Part shown: piece by piece, positions 1-9,942 of the stretch
How positions within the stretch are numbered: position 1 is the first letter of the stretch
How the letters are laid out: the number at the start of each line of letters is the position of its first letter
Assembly: GCA_038874135.1 (NCBI GenBank)
Contig: JAVZCZ010000001.1
Span: forward strand, 256,001-320,000
Length of the DNA stretch: 64,000 nucleotides
DNA from: Candidatus Woesearchaeota archaeon
GTDB taxonomy: Archaea; Nanobdellota; Nanobdellia; Woesearchaeales; 0-14-0-80-44-23
Direction of reading: 5' to 3'
The notes under the pieces: model-generated
Databases searched by the model: none
The model's input: only the letters and a program-made list of their open reading frames with translations
Told to the model about the DNA's origin: nothing
Position numbers and translations under genes: made by a program

Positions 1-130
1 GAATGCGTGCAGGGCTTTTCTCTTCCTTCTTATGAGCTTCTTTTCTGGTTTTGCTTGAAGAGAGCTTTTTCTCAATTTCACTAAGCGTGAAGTTTTCGTT
101 TTTTCTCTTTCTAAACAGGTTTAGTTTCAT
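1..130 (-). CDS. 5' part of the next gene of the pilus operon (runs off the window), possibly a second T2SS-F/TadC protein
   Basis: ATG at 130 overlaps the TGA of 127..942 (ATGA); open frame MKLNLFRKRKNENFTLSEIEKK... to the window edge; product guessed from context only. Confidence 0.55.
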   Translation of the reverse strand, partial: MKLNLFRKRKNENFTLSEIEKKLSSSKTRKEAHKKEEKSPARI

Positions 131-942
131 GCCATGCCCACCGAAGGTCTTGAACTTCTTATTACTGAAAGGAACATAAACTGCATGAAGGCGAGCAGGA
201 ACACTATTACTAAAAGGATTTTGAAGTCAATTGGAAGTCCCATTATCATTGAAAGGATGATTAGCATAGTTACACCAAGTGTTGGTATTATGATTGCTAT
301 CATCATGTAAAACATTGCCATAGGATTTAGTTTTCTTCCATATTCAACTATTGCAATCTGCTGCTCCTTGACTATCTGCTCTATGACTGTTCTTAGACTT
401 TTTGCAGAATCTGCACCTGTTTTCAAGGAGTTCAGAAGCTGCCAGAGTATCTTTCTTAAATCTTCAGATGGAGTTTTTTCAACTGCCTGATTTATTGCAT
501 CTTCCATTGAGGTTCCAAGGTCAACCTGTTTTATTATCTCCTTCAGGTATTTTCCCACTGCAGGATAGTTTCCTGACGCTCCTCTTATTGCATCATATAT
601 GCTTATGCCTGATTCAAGCTCAACCATTAGGAATCTTCCTGCAAAGATTACTTCCCTGTTTATTGCCTCGTTCTCCTTTTTTATTCTAACATCCGGCGTG
701 TGAAGAAAAAAGTAAAATAACATCAAAAATAGAATCGGTATAAGGATGAGAATAATTAGAGGCAGTTCAAGTATCTTTATAAATACTAAAATTACAAAGG
801 AGAGCCCCGTAGTCATTGAAAGTGCTGAGAGAATTGTCTGTTTTAGAAACTGCTCGGGAGTGTAAGGCATCTCAGCCTGCTTAAGCTTAAAAGCAAGCTG
901 GGGATTTCTTCTTGCAAGCCAGTGTAAAAGTGATGTTCTCAT
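127..942 (-). CDS. Type II secretion F-domain / TadC-FlaJ-like pilus platform membrane protein
   Basis: TM pairs at both ends; ELESGISIYDAI...VDLGTSMEDAI...SLKTGAD pattern of T2SS-F; directly downstream of a pilus ATPase. Confidence 0.85.
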   Translation of the reverse strand: MRTSLLHWLARRNPQLAFKLKQAEMPYTPEQFLKQTILSALSMTTGLSFVILVFIKILELPLIILILIPILFLMLFYFFLHTPDVRIKKENEAINREVIFAGRFLMVELESGISIYDAIRGASGNYPAVGKYLKEIIKQVDLGTSMEDAINQAVEKTPSEDLRKILWQLLNSLKTGADSAKSLRTVIEQIVKEQQIAIVEYGRKLNPMAMFYMMIAIIIPTLGVTMLIILSMIMGLPIDFKILLVIVFLLAFMQFMFLSVIRSSRPSVGMA

Positions 943-956
943 TTATCCAGCCACGC

Positions 957-2543
957 TCACTTTAGATTTGCCAATTCGGGAAGGGGCTTATTAGCTCGCA
1001 CATACTTTAGAAGGTTTTCTTTGTTTGTATAATACTCTGCCATAACCCTACCGACTCCGTCAACAGTTTTAACCTGCTGCTTAACCAGCCAGGCAAGCAC
1101 CTGTTCTTTTTCTCTCAAATCTGAATCTATTTCTTGATTGCTCATCCCAGTAAACAGCTTTATTGTATCCATAAGACTTATTGACTTATTTATCGTATTC
1201 ATAGTGTCTCTTCTAACATCCAGCTGCATCAAAAGGTTAGTTGAGCCATCTGGAAGTATTTCAGCAAGCTGGAAGTTCCTTCTCAAACCGGTTCTCCTAT
1301 TCCTGTACTGAACAAGTATTAGGGATATTGCAGGAAGCATTGACTTAGGCGTGTTTATCGGCGGGTTTGTAAGCCTCGTTATTGTCTCAGAAACGCTGTT
1401 GGCGTGAACCGTAGCGTATACGCTATGTCCAGTGTGTATCGCCTCAAAGAGCACTTCTGCCTCTGACTGTCTTCTAATCTCTCCAACAAGGATTCTATCA
1501 GGCCTCATCCTTAAAGAATTCACGAGCAGGTCCAGCATTGAAACTTCTCCCTTACCCTCAGGGTTTGGAAGTCTTGTGAGGAGTGGTACCCAGTGTAGAA
1601 ACTTTGGAAGCTGAAGCTCTCGCGTGTCTTCTATTGAGATTACCCTCTGATTTGGGGGGATGAATGAAGCGATTACATTAAGGGCGGATGTCTTTCCAGA
1701 GGCAGTTCCTCCGGCGATAAGCATTGAGAGCTCGTACTGCATTGCTAACCATATTAGGGATGCAGCATTTGGTGCAAATGTTCTATTTTCAAGAAAGCTT
1801 GTAATTGTCCAAGGATCGGAAGCGAACTTTCTGAGGGTGATCGTGTTTCCTCGTGAAGAGATGGGCATGAGTGTGCAGTTAGCCCTGTCTCCAGTGCTCA
1901 GATGAGCATCTAATAATGGGCTCAGGATGCTTATCTGCCTTCCAACCTTTCTGCCAATCTGGGCTGCATACTGTTTTATCTGCTCTTCACTTTCAACTCT
2001 GATATTAGTTTTAAGCCAGCCAAACTTTTTGTGATAGACCCAAGCGGGCTCTTCCGCACTGTTTATTACTATTTCTTCCAGCTGCGCGTCGTCCATCAAG
2101 ATTTCAATGCTGCCCATTCCGAGGCTTCGCTGTATCAGATATGCTATCATGAACTCCTTTTCCGATTCGGAAGCATCTGGGAAGTATCGTTTAATGACAC
2201 TTCTTATTGCTGTTTTAAACTTTTCTTCAAGTATTTCCTCTTTTTTGATGTCTGTAAGCTCTTCTGCTTCCAGCTTTACATTCTCTATCAGCTCCATCCT
2301 TATTTTTTCAAGAATCAGCTGGGTAGTTGGGCTTATAGTCCTGATTGAGGTTTCATAGATGGGCACGAACTCATTTGGCTTCCTTCTTATAACTATTTCT
2401 ATTGGCATCCCATCTGAAACGAATGAGTAACGCGAAAGTTCCTGCGAATCTCTGCTATCAGAATCTTTTTTTTCACCTGCTGGAATCTCCTGCGGCTTAG
2501 ATTTTTTTAAGAAATTATCTTGCCCTTTCGTCCTATCCACCAC
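957..2543 (-). CDS. Type IV pilus/archaellum-family assembly ATPase (TadA/CpaF/FlaI-like)
   Basis: Walker A GGTASGKT, SIEDTREL, LRMRPDRILVGEIR, His box TGHSVYATVHA. Confidence 0.95.
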   Translation of the reverse strand: MVDRTKGQDNFLKKSKPQEIPAGEKKDSDSRDSQELSRYSFVSDGMPIEIVIRRKPNEFVPIYETSIRTISPTTQLILEKIRMELIENVKLEAEELTDIKKEEILEEKFKTAIRSVIKRYFPDASESEKEFMIAYLIQRSLGMGSIEILMDDAQLEEIVINSAEEPAWVYHKKFGWLKTNIRVESEEQIKQYAAQIGRKVGRQISILSPLLDAHLSTGDRANCTLMPISSRGNTITLRKFASDPWTITSFLENRTFAPNAASLIWLAMQYELSMLIAGGTASGKTSALNVIASFIPPNQRVISIEDTRELQLPKFLHWVPLLTRLPNPEGKGEVSMLDLLVNSLRMRPDRILVGEIRRQSEAEVLFEAIHTGHSVYATVHANSVSETITRLTNPPINTPKSMLPAISLILVQYRNRRTGLRRNFQLAEILPDGSTNLLMQLDVRRDTMNTINKSISLMDTIKLFTGMSNQEIDSDLREKEQVLAWLVKQQVKTVDGVGRVMAEYYTNKENLLKYVRANKPLPELANLK

Positions 2544-2566
2544 CCCTTTTTATTTCTAAACCAAGC

Positions 2567-3160
2567 TCATATTTTTATAAGATTCTTTAATGCTCTTATC
2601 TCATCTTCTATGGCTTTTCTTTTCTTATAAAGCTTTACAAGTTGTTTGTTAATCTCATCCAACTTATTATTTTTGTTACCTGGAATTATTTTTATCAGCT
2701 CTGCCTTTCTCAGCAGTCCCGATATCTCAGATTTTACTGCTCGGCCCTCACTTTCAAGGCGGTTAAGCATCATGTTTATCTCATTCTTTTCCTTGAATAT
2801 TCTTTCAATTTCTTCTTTTATTCTGCTAATTATTTTCTCGTCATTTTCAAGTTCTGTGAGTATACTCTTCATCTTTAACTTGGCAAGCTCAACAGGGTCT
2901 TTAGGCAGGTTTGGTCTTCTCCTAATTTTTTCTTGCGGCAGGCGTTCTGACATGGAAGTTGTTTCAGGATTGCTGACTAGAACCTGCCTGGTTAGTTCAT
3001 ATTTTATTGAGAGAAGCCCGCTATCTTCCAGTAGTTCAGCTAAAGCTTGCGTGGTATCCTTATCCAGATTGAGAAGCTGCGCTGCCTGATCAATTCCTAT
3101 TTTTTTCTTTTCGCGAACCAGTTCTAAGAGCCTGTCTGCATTTGTTTTGAGTTCAACCAT
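2567..3160 (-). CDS. Hypothetical protein, N-terminal winged-HTH-like segment plus C-terminal coiled coil
   Basis: 197-aa ORF co-oriented in operon; IGIDQAAQLLNLDKDTTQALAELLEDSGLLSI resembles wHTH. Confidence 0.6.
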   Translation of the reverse strand: MVELKTNADRLLELVREKKKIGIDQAAQLLNLDKDTTQALAELLEDSGLLSIKYELTRQVLVSNPETTSMSERLPQEKIRRRPNLPKDPVELAKLKMKSILTELENDEKIISRIKEEIERIFKEKNEINMMLNRLESEGRAVKSEISGLLRKAELIKIIPGNKNNKLDEINKQLVKLYKKRKAIEDEIRALKNLIKI

Positions 3161-3225
3161 TTCTTCAACCCTTTTAATATTTCTAGATTATTTAAAAAGG
3201 TTTCCATTATTTAGTGATTGAAATT

Positions 3226-4191
3226 TTAGCAGCTCGTGCTTATCTGTGTTATCTGGTATGTTTTATCATGCTCATCATCTACATCTAGCAAAAACCATGC
3301 TGGCATGTCCGGGTCTGCTGCAGAGTTGTCTATACAAAGATTTGAAGTGGTTCTATTCCCAAAATAGATATAATCAACTATGCTAGCCTGCTTCGTAGGT
3401 ATTCCCTGAGCGGAGAGCTGCGCTACATTTACTAAGCTTTCTATCCCGTAAGGGGAATCTGAGAGGTTTCCTTCCAAGCGCATTAGAAAGCTAGGAGCAT
3501 GTGAGGAAGTGATGTAATATCCATTATTCAGATGATTCAGAAGTGTTGTTGTATTATTTCCCGAAACAAAGCTGAGCGTCTCAGCCTTTTTAATAGTTCT
3601 TGAAATGCGGCCGTATGAATTTACAATAAATAGCGGGTCTTCCATATCTAGCACTGGTATGGATGTGTGCACGCTCTTGTTAGTTGCCCAGGAAGCGAGT
3701 CCGCTCCTGTCAGAAAGGATTATTGAAAGGTTCGCATATATTTCAACCGTCCACGGGCTCTCTTGAACTACACTAATCTGATTTTCTATTATCTTAAGTT
3801 CAATTCCTAATTCAGAAGCCTTTTCGCACATTCTGTTCTTCCAATCATTTAAGGAGCTGTCCTTCAATACTGAAGGGGAATAATTACCGACTGTGCCGTT
3901 TATAAACGCGGTTTGAAATGCTTCTCCGCTGTCTGGAACATAGGTGCCATATTCAAGTATGTACTCCTCAATTCCAAGAAGAGCCCTGTAGCCTGAAATA
4001 TAAGTAGCTCTCTGAATGTCTGATTCAACATCCTTTAAGAATTCGTTCATTGAAAGAACTCGTGCCCTTTCTACCTCAGACCTTTCCAGGATGCTGGAAG
4101 AGCCTTTTAATTCAGTATTTAGCAGGAGCGCTCCTACTAAGAATATTGCAATCACGCTAAAGAAGAAGCCCCTGCGGGATCTTAACGCCAC
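3226..4191 (-). CDS. Class III signal peptide (pilin-like) protein
   Basis: RSRRG|FFFSVIAIFLV basic leader followed by a hydrophobic helix. Confidence 0.75.
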   Translation of the reverse strand: MALRSRRGFFFSVIAIFLVGALLLNTELKGSSSILERSEVERARVLSMNEFLKDVESDIQRATYISGYRALLGIEEYILEYGTYVPDSGEAFQTAFINGTVGNYSPSVLKDSSLNDWKNRMCEKASELGIELKIIENQISVVQESPWTVEIYANLSIILSDRSGLASWATNKSVHTSIPVLDMEDPLFIVNSYGRISRTIKKAETLSFVSGNNTTTLLNHLNNGYYITSSHAPSFLMRLEGNLSDSPYGIESLVNVAQLSAQGIPTKQASIVDYIYFGNRTTSNLCIDNSAADPDMPAWFLLDVDDEHDKTYQITQISTSC

Positions 4192-6935
4192 ACTCTCACC
4201 TCAACCTTAGCTGGGCCCCACATGGAGGGCACCTTGCTCAGGAGAACAGTATCCACAATTAGGGACTGCTGGTTTATGTTGACATCCAAAATGCCATCTC
4301 TGTTAAGGTCTAATTGAAGGAAGAGGTTATAAGCGGCTTCTTGAATTGCATCTGCTGGATTGTAGGATGCTGTTAGGAAGGTGCAGTTATTGATTCCTGA
4401 ATAGTCGGGAGGTATTTTTATGGTTGAGTTTGTGCCGTCTGCAAATTGTACCAGCCAGTTGCATCCCTCTGCATTTGGCTCAACAGCTGAGTATGTCACA
4501 GAGTTGTTTATGAGTAAGGTGTAGATTGCCCTGTCCTCAGGGCTTCCGCCTGAGGAGGAATTTGCAGAGTAGCCCGTCTTTATTAGGAAAGTGTTGTTGC
4601 CTTCTTGCAATACGCGCGGAGGCACACCTATTAGAAATGGGTCTCCTAAAGCTGCATAGTAGCTTCCAAACTGAGACAGATTAAAGATGTTTATGGAATT
4701 GGCATAGGCTTCTTTGCTCCAATAGTATCCTGAGTATGAAGTCAGTTGAGCATCAACAACCTGCACTCCCGGGGGAATGAATATTGAACCTGAGGTGATA
4801 TAGTTTCCAAACCTTTCTGATTCAATAGTTATAGGTATCTTTCCAAATACTAGGGGCTTGATTGTTGGCGTATAATAAATTTTTATGAAAGAATTAGGGT
4901 AGAGGGTTGAATTTACACCTTGAATGACTACCAGCTGATATTGATAGATGAGAGATTTGTTAACTATCTCATTTGCAAGGTTCTGTACAAACTCAGTAAG
5001 CTGGGTCACATTTGTGCTTGCGTAGAATGTTCCGTTGCCCTTCTCAGCAATCTGACTCATGGTGTAGTTGGCGTTCTGACATGAGCCCATAGGTCCAAGC
5101 CCAATGGCGTGTATCGTTGTCCTATTTATGCCTCCTATTCTTGAAGCTGCATATATGGCATTTTGGATTGGTCCACTGCAGTCGTTTCCAGCGCATTCTG
5201 TTACATAGTCTTCAGAGCAGGCTGCTGGCAGGTACTGTGACAAGTTAGATGTTCCAGTAGTGTTGCACCCTCCGCTCGCGTTCAAGCCGCAGCACTCATT
5301 TGGAATGCCGTCAGTCATTAGGATTACATACTTCTTTCTTGAAGAGTTGCTGTAAGCGTTTATTATTGAATAGGCCAAGTTTAATGCGCAGCAGGTGCAG
5401 GTGTTTCCAGAGGGCTTATTCCAGGGGTAGTAATCCTTATTGTTGACATAGCTTAAAAGCACAGCAGAGTTGTTGCTGTAGTAGTATAATGACTTATCAT
5501 TAAAAGTTAGCAGCCATACTCTGTTCCCAGTCACATTCATTATGGTTTTTATGAATATCTCATTTAGGCATACTGCAACATTTATTCGGCGCACATGAGG
5601 ATTTGTAAAATAGTCCGCTTGGTCGCAGGTCCTTGCATCTCCATTTGAATCGTTATAGCCTATGCTGCCTTTCATGCTTGCTGAAATATCTGTGATTATG
5701 AGCACATCTGCATTTCCTCCAGTTATATTTCCTGTATTATTTAATGCGTAGTGCCCAATTTTAACCGGAATTGTTTTTTCAGAGAGGAAGGAATAGTTTA
5801 AAGCTGCGGCTATGCTTTCATTACTTATGTTTGCAACTATGTTTCCTTCAGCATCTGAGTAGTAAACTGGCTGGCCTGCCAGGTTTACAAAGAGTGGAAG
5901 GCTCGTAGTATAGTTAAGGAAAATTTCAATACCCTTTATCTCGCCAGGCACATATGCTGACGAGTATATATTTATGATCTTGCTTACTCCCGGCAGGTAT
6001 TCAATCTTTGAAGCTGTATTGCTAAAAGGGTCATATTGTGTTTCAGAATAGTTAAGCTCTGAGGTAAGGAGAGAAACTCTGAAAAATCCTCCAGTGATAT
6101 ACGCTGTGCTGTAGTTCTGAAATATGAATTCTATCGTGTTGAGCCCTGGCTTCAGGAATTGTAAGAAGGTCTGGTTTATATAGCACTTGTATGGTATCAG
6201 ATTTCCCCCACCTGAACAGCCTGAAGGATAATCTCCTGAGTAGTTGCCATTTATTTTGAGAGTAAAATTTGATCCGACTTCCATTTCAAAATAAGCTTCA
6301 ATAATTCGCGTATAGTTAGAAGGCAGTACTAAGAATTGGGTTATATTTCCCTGCCCTACGAGCCCTCCAAAATATACATAGACTGGCTGCACCTTGGAGC
6401 TTATCGAGTTGAGTATTGCCCTTGCAGAGTAGCCCTCTTTAGGCTTTTCCTCTTGAATTCCCGAAACGAGCCTGAACGAGGAGCTTAAATAGTCAGCATT
6501 TTTATCTGAGTGTAGAGAAGAGTTGCGCGAGTAGATAAGCTGGCCATTCACATATACTGCAACCCCTAAATTAGTATCTTCAAAGGCGAATTCTACAAAC
6601 CTGCGCGCAACTTCAGAAGCCTCTGCAGTATGGTTGAGTGCCCAAAGCTCTCCAATAACTTCCAATATTGAGCTGTTTAGGCTCGCATTTTTAAGGATTC
6701 CTGATTCTGCAAGTTGTAAGCAGTAGGAATCATTAATCTGGATTGGAGTTATGCTTGAAAGTGCAGAGATTGTGCTTGAGGAGTAATACCAAAGGTTTTG
6801 AGATTTTGATGATGAAGTATAAATCCAGTATGTCGCCAAAAGTCCACTTATTAAAAGAATTGAAGCGAGAAGTGCATCTATTGAGAAAAATATTCCTCTT
6901 CTTATGCGCGCTCCAAGTTTTTTTGTGAATAACAT
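4182..6935 (-). CDS. Large pilin-like adhesin with vWA domain
   Basis: RIRRG|IFFSIDALL class III signal; MIDAS DISAS...T...MTDG; Cys-rich insert; many NxS/T sequons. Confidence 0.8.
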   Translation of the reverse strand: MLFTKKLGARIRRGIFFSIDALLASILLISGLLATYWIYTSSSKSQNLWYYSSSTISALSSITPIQINDSYCLQLAESGILKNASLNSSILEVIGELWALNHTAEASEVARRFVEFAFEDTNLGVAVYVNGQLIYSRNSSLHSDKNADYLSSSFRLVSGIQEEKPKEGYSARAILNSISSKVQPVYVYFGGLVGQGNITQFLVLPSNYTRIIEAYFEMEVGSNFTLKINGNYSGDYPSGCSGGGNLIPYKCYINQTFLQFLKPGLNTIEFIFQNYSTAYITGGFFRVSLLTSELNYSETQYDPFSNTASKIEYLPGVSKIINIYSSAYVPGEIKGIEIFLNYTTSLPLFVNLAGQPVYYSDAEGNIVANISNESIAAALNYSFLSEKTIPVKIGHYALNNTGNITGGNADVLIITDISASMKGSIGYNDSNGDARTCDQADYFTNPHVRRINVAVCLNEIFIKTIMNVTGNRVWLLTFNDKSLYYYSNNSAVLLSYVNNKDYYPWNKPSGNTCTCCALNLAYSIINAYSNSSRKKYVILMTDGIPNECCGLNASGGCNTTGTSNLSQYLPAACSEDYVTECAGNDCSGPIQNAIYAASRIGGINRTTIHAIGLGPMGSCQNANYTMSQIAEKGNGTFYASTNVTQLTEFVQNLANEIVNKSLIYQYQLVVIQGVNSTLYPNSFIKIYYTPTIKPLVFGKIPITIESERFGNYITSGSIFIPPGVQVVDAQLTSYSGYYWSKEAYANSINIFNLSQFGSYYAALGDPFLIGVPPRVLQEGNNTFLIKTGYSANSSSGGSPEDRAIYTLLINNSVTYSAVEPNAEGCNWLVQFADGTNSTIKIPPDYSGINNCTFLTASYNPADAIQEAAYNLFLQLDLNRDGILDVNINQQSLIVDTVLLSKVPSMWGPAKVEVRVWR

Positions 6936-6941
6936 CCAGAT

Positions 6942-7460
6942 TCAACCTCCAAATGTGCGCACTTCTAGCTTGCATAGAGAATCGTTTAATATGACTATTC
7001 TGTTAGAAACTGAAACAAGCTTTGAAGTTTTGTTTATGCCTGCAAAGAATACAATGCTGGAATTTTCAGTTATGAGTATTTGAAAATCATTTCTAACATG
7101 AAAAAGTGATTTCATCCTAGAATAGTTTGAAGCCACTTCTGAAAAGGCATTTAGCTTATCAACATTTATCCTACTCCCATCCTCACTTATTCCTAGCCGT
7201 ATAACATTGGAAGAGTTCCAGTCCTGAGGGTATCCTGGAGTCAAAAGAGCGCTGGCTATTGAAGATGCTTCAATTCTTAGACCCTCTGAGTCAAGCTCAT
7301 CATAGGAAAAAATGTCTCCACTGTACATAAAGTATAAAATTACTGCAAATGTGAATATGAGAAGGCCTACCATGAAGTCAATAGACCAGACTTGAGCCAT
7401 TCTCTTAGCTTTTTTCTTCATGTAAATCTTCCTCAGGGGCATTCTGCCATGTTTATGCAT
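6942..7460 (-). CDS. Minor pilin-like protein
   Basis: KKKAKRMA|QVWSIDFMVGLLIF class III signal; true start may be downstream of 7460. Confidence 0.75.
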   Translation of the reverse strand: MHKHGRMPLRKIYMKKKAKRMAQVWSIDFMVGLLIFTFAVILYFMYSGDIFSYDELDSEGLRIEASSIASALLTPGYPQDWNSSNVIRLGISEDGSRINVDKLNAFSEVASNYSRMKSLFHVRNDFQILITENSSIVFFAGINKTSKLVSVSNRIVILNDSLCKLEVRTFGG

Positions 7461-7846
7461 ATTGTTCCATTTTGCTTTTGGATATTATTTACTCCGGTTT
7501 TGATATAACCTGAAACTGGGATTATGCTCAGCAATTCAGAGTATTTGTCTGATAAGACGAGCACATAATTGCCTATGATTAGTGCCTGATAGTTCCTTCC
7601 ATAAATATTTTGAGGAATAGTAAAATTCCTTGAATACCCGTCTGAAACTACTGCAGCAGTATCAATCTCATATTGAATCTTGAGAGCTATCTCACGAATC
7701 ATCTTAATCTCATAGTGATCTCTGAGCATCTTCTCCCGCTCGTAGATCATTCCCAGAAAGCTTAGCATTATTAACATTGCAAAAGAGATGAATATTATGA
7801 ATTCTAGGGAGAGCTGACCGCTCTTTTTAATTCTCAACTTTTTCAC
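7433..7846 (-). CDS. Archaeal pilin (QxSxE type)
   Basis: KKSG|QLSLEFIIFISF. Confidence 0.8.
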   Translation of the reverse strand: MKKLRIKKSGQLSLEFIIFISFAMLIMLSFLGMIYEREKMLRDHYEIKMIREIALKIQYEIDTAAVVSDGYSRNFTIPQNIYGRNYQALIIGNYVLVLSDKYSELLSIIPVSGYIKTGVNNIQKQNGTICINMAECP

Positions 7847-7852
7847 CCATAA

Positions 7853-8284
7853 TTAGCTGCTCACTACAACTGAAGAGTTGTAAGCTTCAAATTTTAAATA
7901 CTTAAAGCCTTGCTGCGGATTTACGCTTCCTGTAATGTTTACCCTGCACGGGACGGCAATTTCTGACAATGAACCTGAAATCTCAATTGTAATTACGACT
8001 TCATTGTTACTGAGGTTTATGGCTTTTACATTTTTTGGGATGTAAACCTTAAGCATGCTCTTAGAAGGCGTTCCGGTGTAATACACAATCTCTGCTTCAT
8101 CTACGATCTGGCGTGCAATCCTCTCAGCCTGTCTGATAGCAAAAATATTATTAGTTTCTTGGGTCTGAGTGTAAAAAACAATTATGGTTGGTATTATCAT
8201 TAATGTTGCAAATCCAAGTATTATTGAGAATTCTAAGCTCACCTGAGCTGACCTGCCACCTCTTTTTTTCATATCTATTCCCAC
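7853..8284 (-). CDS. Archaeal pilin (QxSxE type)
   Basis: KKRGGRSA|QVSLEFSIILGF. Confidence 0.8.
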   Translation of the reverse strand: MGIDMKKRGGRSAQVSLEFSIILGFATLMIIPTIIVFYTQTQETNNIFAIRQAERIARQIVDEAEIVYYTGTPSKSMLKVYIPKNVKAINLSNNEVVITIEISGSLSEIAVPCRVNITGSVNPQQGFKYLKFEAYNSSVVVSS

Positions 8285-8290
8285 CTGGAG

Positions 8291-8968
8291 CTACTTCTCC
8301 TGAGTTTTAAGCTTTTTATAAAAATTTAGAGCATTCAATATGTCCTGCCTCTCAAGCGTAGCCCATTCTTTTCCAGTAAAGACTATCTTAGCACCTGGAG
8401 AATCCCAAAGCAGCAGTGCAGATGCCTCGGGGGGATTGTTCTTTATTATCAGGGATGGGCTAGGAAAGTATGAGCTGGATATGTTCTCCTTTATGGTTTC
8501 CCTGCCAATTGAAGACGGCTCCATCTTGCCAGACAATGCCTTTAATGCTATTATCTTACAAGCGTCGGCTATCTCGTCCCTTCCATCATAGTTTATACAC
8601 ATATTAAAGAAGAGCTCGCTTTTTTCAGAAGTTGAAGTTATGAGCTCTTTTAAGACTTCTACAATTTCAGAAGGTAGGTCGTACCACTTTCCAAAAGCGG
8701 ATATTCTCGTCTGGCAATTCTTAGAGAGCTCCTTAAGTGAAGTTGCTGCTTCAGCTATTGAAGATATTGAGATTGAAAACTCTTCATTCTTTAAAGCAGT
8801 GTCTAATAGGTAGAGTGTCATTATTTTTATCTGCAGCTCTCTCTGAATTTCAAAGAGCATAAGAACTAATTCCTTCCTCCTGTTATAAAGGCTCAGAGAA
8901 GAAGGACTTTCAAACATAGTTATTGCAACATGCTCCGGAAGCTCCCCCTCTTTGAATTGTCCTGACAT
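8291..8968 (-). CDS. Degenerate cis-prenyltransferase (UppS fold) lacking the DGNRR motif
   Basis: PEHVAITM, INYDGRDEIADA, PSLII, LLWDS match UppS regions, but the catalytic D-G-N-x-R is replaced by FESPS. Confidence 0.75.
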   Translation of the reverse strand: MSGQFKEGELPEHVAITMFESPSSLSLYNRRKELVLMLFEIQRELQIKIMTLYLLDTALKNEEFSISISSIAEAATSLKELSKNCQTRISAFGKWYDLPSEIVEVLKELITSTSEKSELFFNMCINYDGRDEIADACKIIALKALSGKMEPSSIGRETIKENISSSYFPSPSLIIKNNPPEASALLLWDSPGAKIVFTGKEWATLERQDILNALNFYKKLKTQEK

Positions 8969-9020
8969 TTTAGCGTTTTATTTTTTAATTATTACACTCC
9001 CTAGCCTATTATCTTAGATG

Positions 9021-9040
9021 AGAAGGTTTATAAAGCTTTT
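9021..9040. promoter_or_regulatory. Putative bidirectional archaeal BRE/TATA promoter
   Basis: AGAAGG-TTTATAAA-GCTTTT: palindromic TATA at 9027-9034 with purine-rich BRE-like flanks on both strands, about 23 nt before ATG 9058, between divergent genes. Confidence 0.55.
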
Positions 9041-9057
9041 GAGATTTTCAAGAAGAG

Positions 9058-9936
9058 ATGCTCACAATTTTAGAGTTCTGGCTCTACGGAGTGGCAGCTG
9101 CCTGCATGCTATTCAGTTCGATATCTGACATAAAAAAGTTGGAAGTGCCAGACTTTTCAAGCTACTTCATGATATCCTTCGGACTGGGCGCGAGACTAAT
9201 ATACTCTATAATATTCGGAAGTTTTATCCAATTCTTAGATGGAATTCTTGGACTAGCCTTTTTTTCAGGAATAGGCCTCTTGATGTATTATCTTGGGCAG
9301 TGGGGCGGGGGGGATACTAAGATTACAATGGGCTTCGGAGCAATAGCCGGGCTAGGAATTAAGAACAGCTTTTTCCCGATTCTAACCTTTATAGTTATGT
9401 TAGTTAGTGGTGCAGTTCTCGGAATATTTTACAGCCTTTACAACTACCTAAAAAATTTCAAAGAGAGCAATAATCAAATTTTAAATATGCTCAGAAAGAA
9501 TAGACCTTTTGAAATAATAATTTGGGCCACAGCAACAATACTTGCTCTTATTCTACTAATTTTGAAAATTTTTAACCCGGCCGCTCTACTACTCCTAGCA
9601 GTCATAATTATTCTTTATTATCTAGCCATATGGCTTTCAGCAGTTCAAGAAGTTTCAATGATTAAACTGGTAAGTCCAAAAGAGCTTGTAGAAGGAGACT
9701 GGCTAGTGGAAGATATAAAAGTAAAAGGTAAAGTAGTAGTTAAGAAGAGCAGAACTGGCATTGAGAAGAAGGATATTGATAAGATAATCAAGCTTTACAA
9801 GAAGGGAAGCATAAAAAAGGTTAAGGTAAAGTATGGAATGCCGTTCGTCCCAAGCTTCTTCATAGGGCTGCTGCTCTCTCTACTGTTCAAGAATAATATC
9901 CTCGCATTCCTAAGAGCACTTCAAGATCTCTTATAA
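9058..9936 (+). CDS. Prepilin peptidase (A24, EppA/PibD-like)
   Basis: SISDIKKLEVPD and GGGDTK aspartate motifs, LVEGDWL, C-terminal GMPFVPSF; multi-TM. Confidence 0.9.
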   Translation: MLTILEFWLYGVAAACMLFSSISDIKKLEVPDFSSYFMISFGLGARLIYSIIFGSFIQFLDGILGLAFFSGIGLLMYYLGQWGGGDTKITMGFGAIAGLGIKNSFFPILTFIVMLVSGAVLGIFYSLYNYLKNFKESNNQILNMLRKNRPFEIIIWATATILALILLILKIFNPAALLLLAVIIILYYLAIWLSAVQEVSMIKLVSPKELVEGDWLVEDIKVKGKVVVKKSRTGIEKKDIDKIIKLYKKGSIKKVKVKYGMPFVPSFFIGLLLSLLFKNNILAFLRALQDLL

Positions 9937-9942
9937 AAAAAT

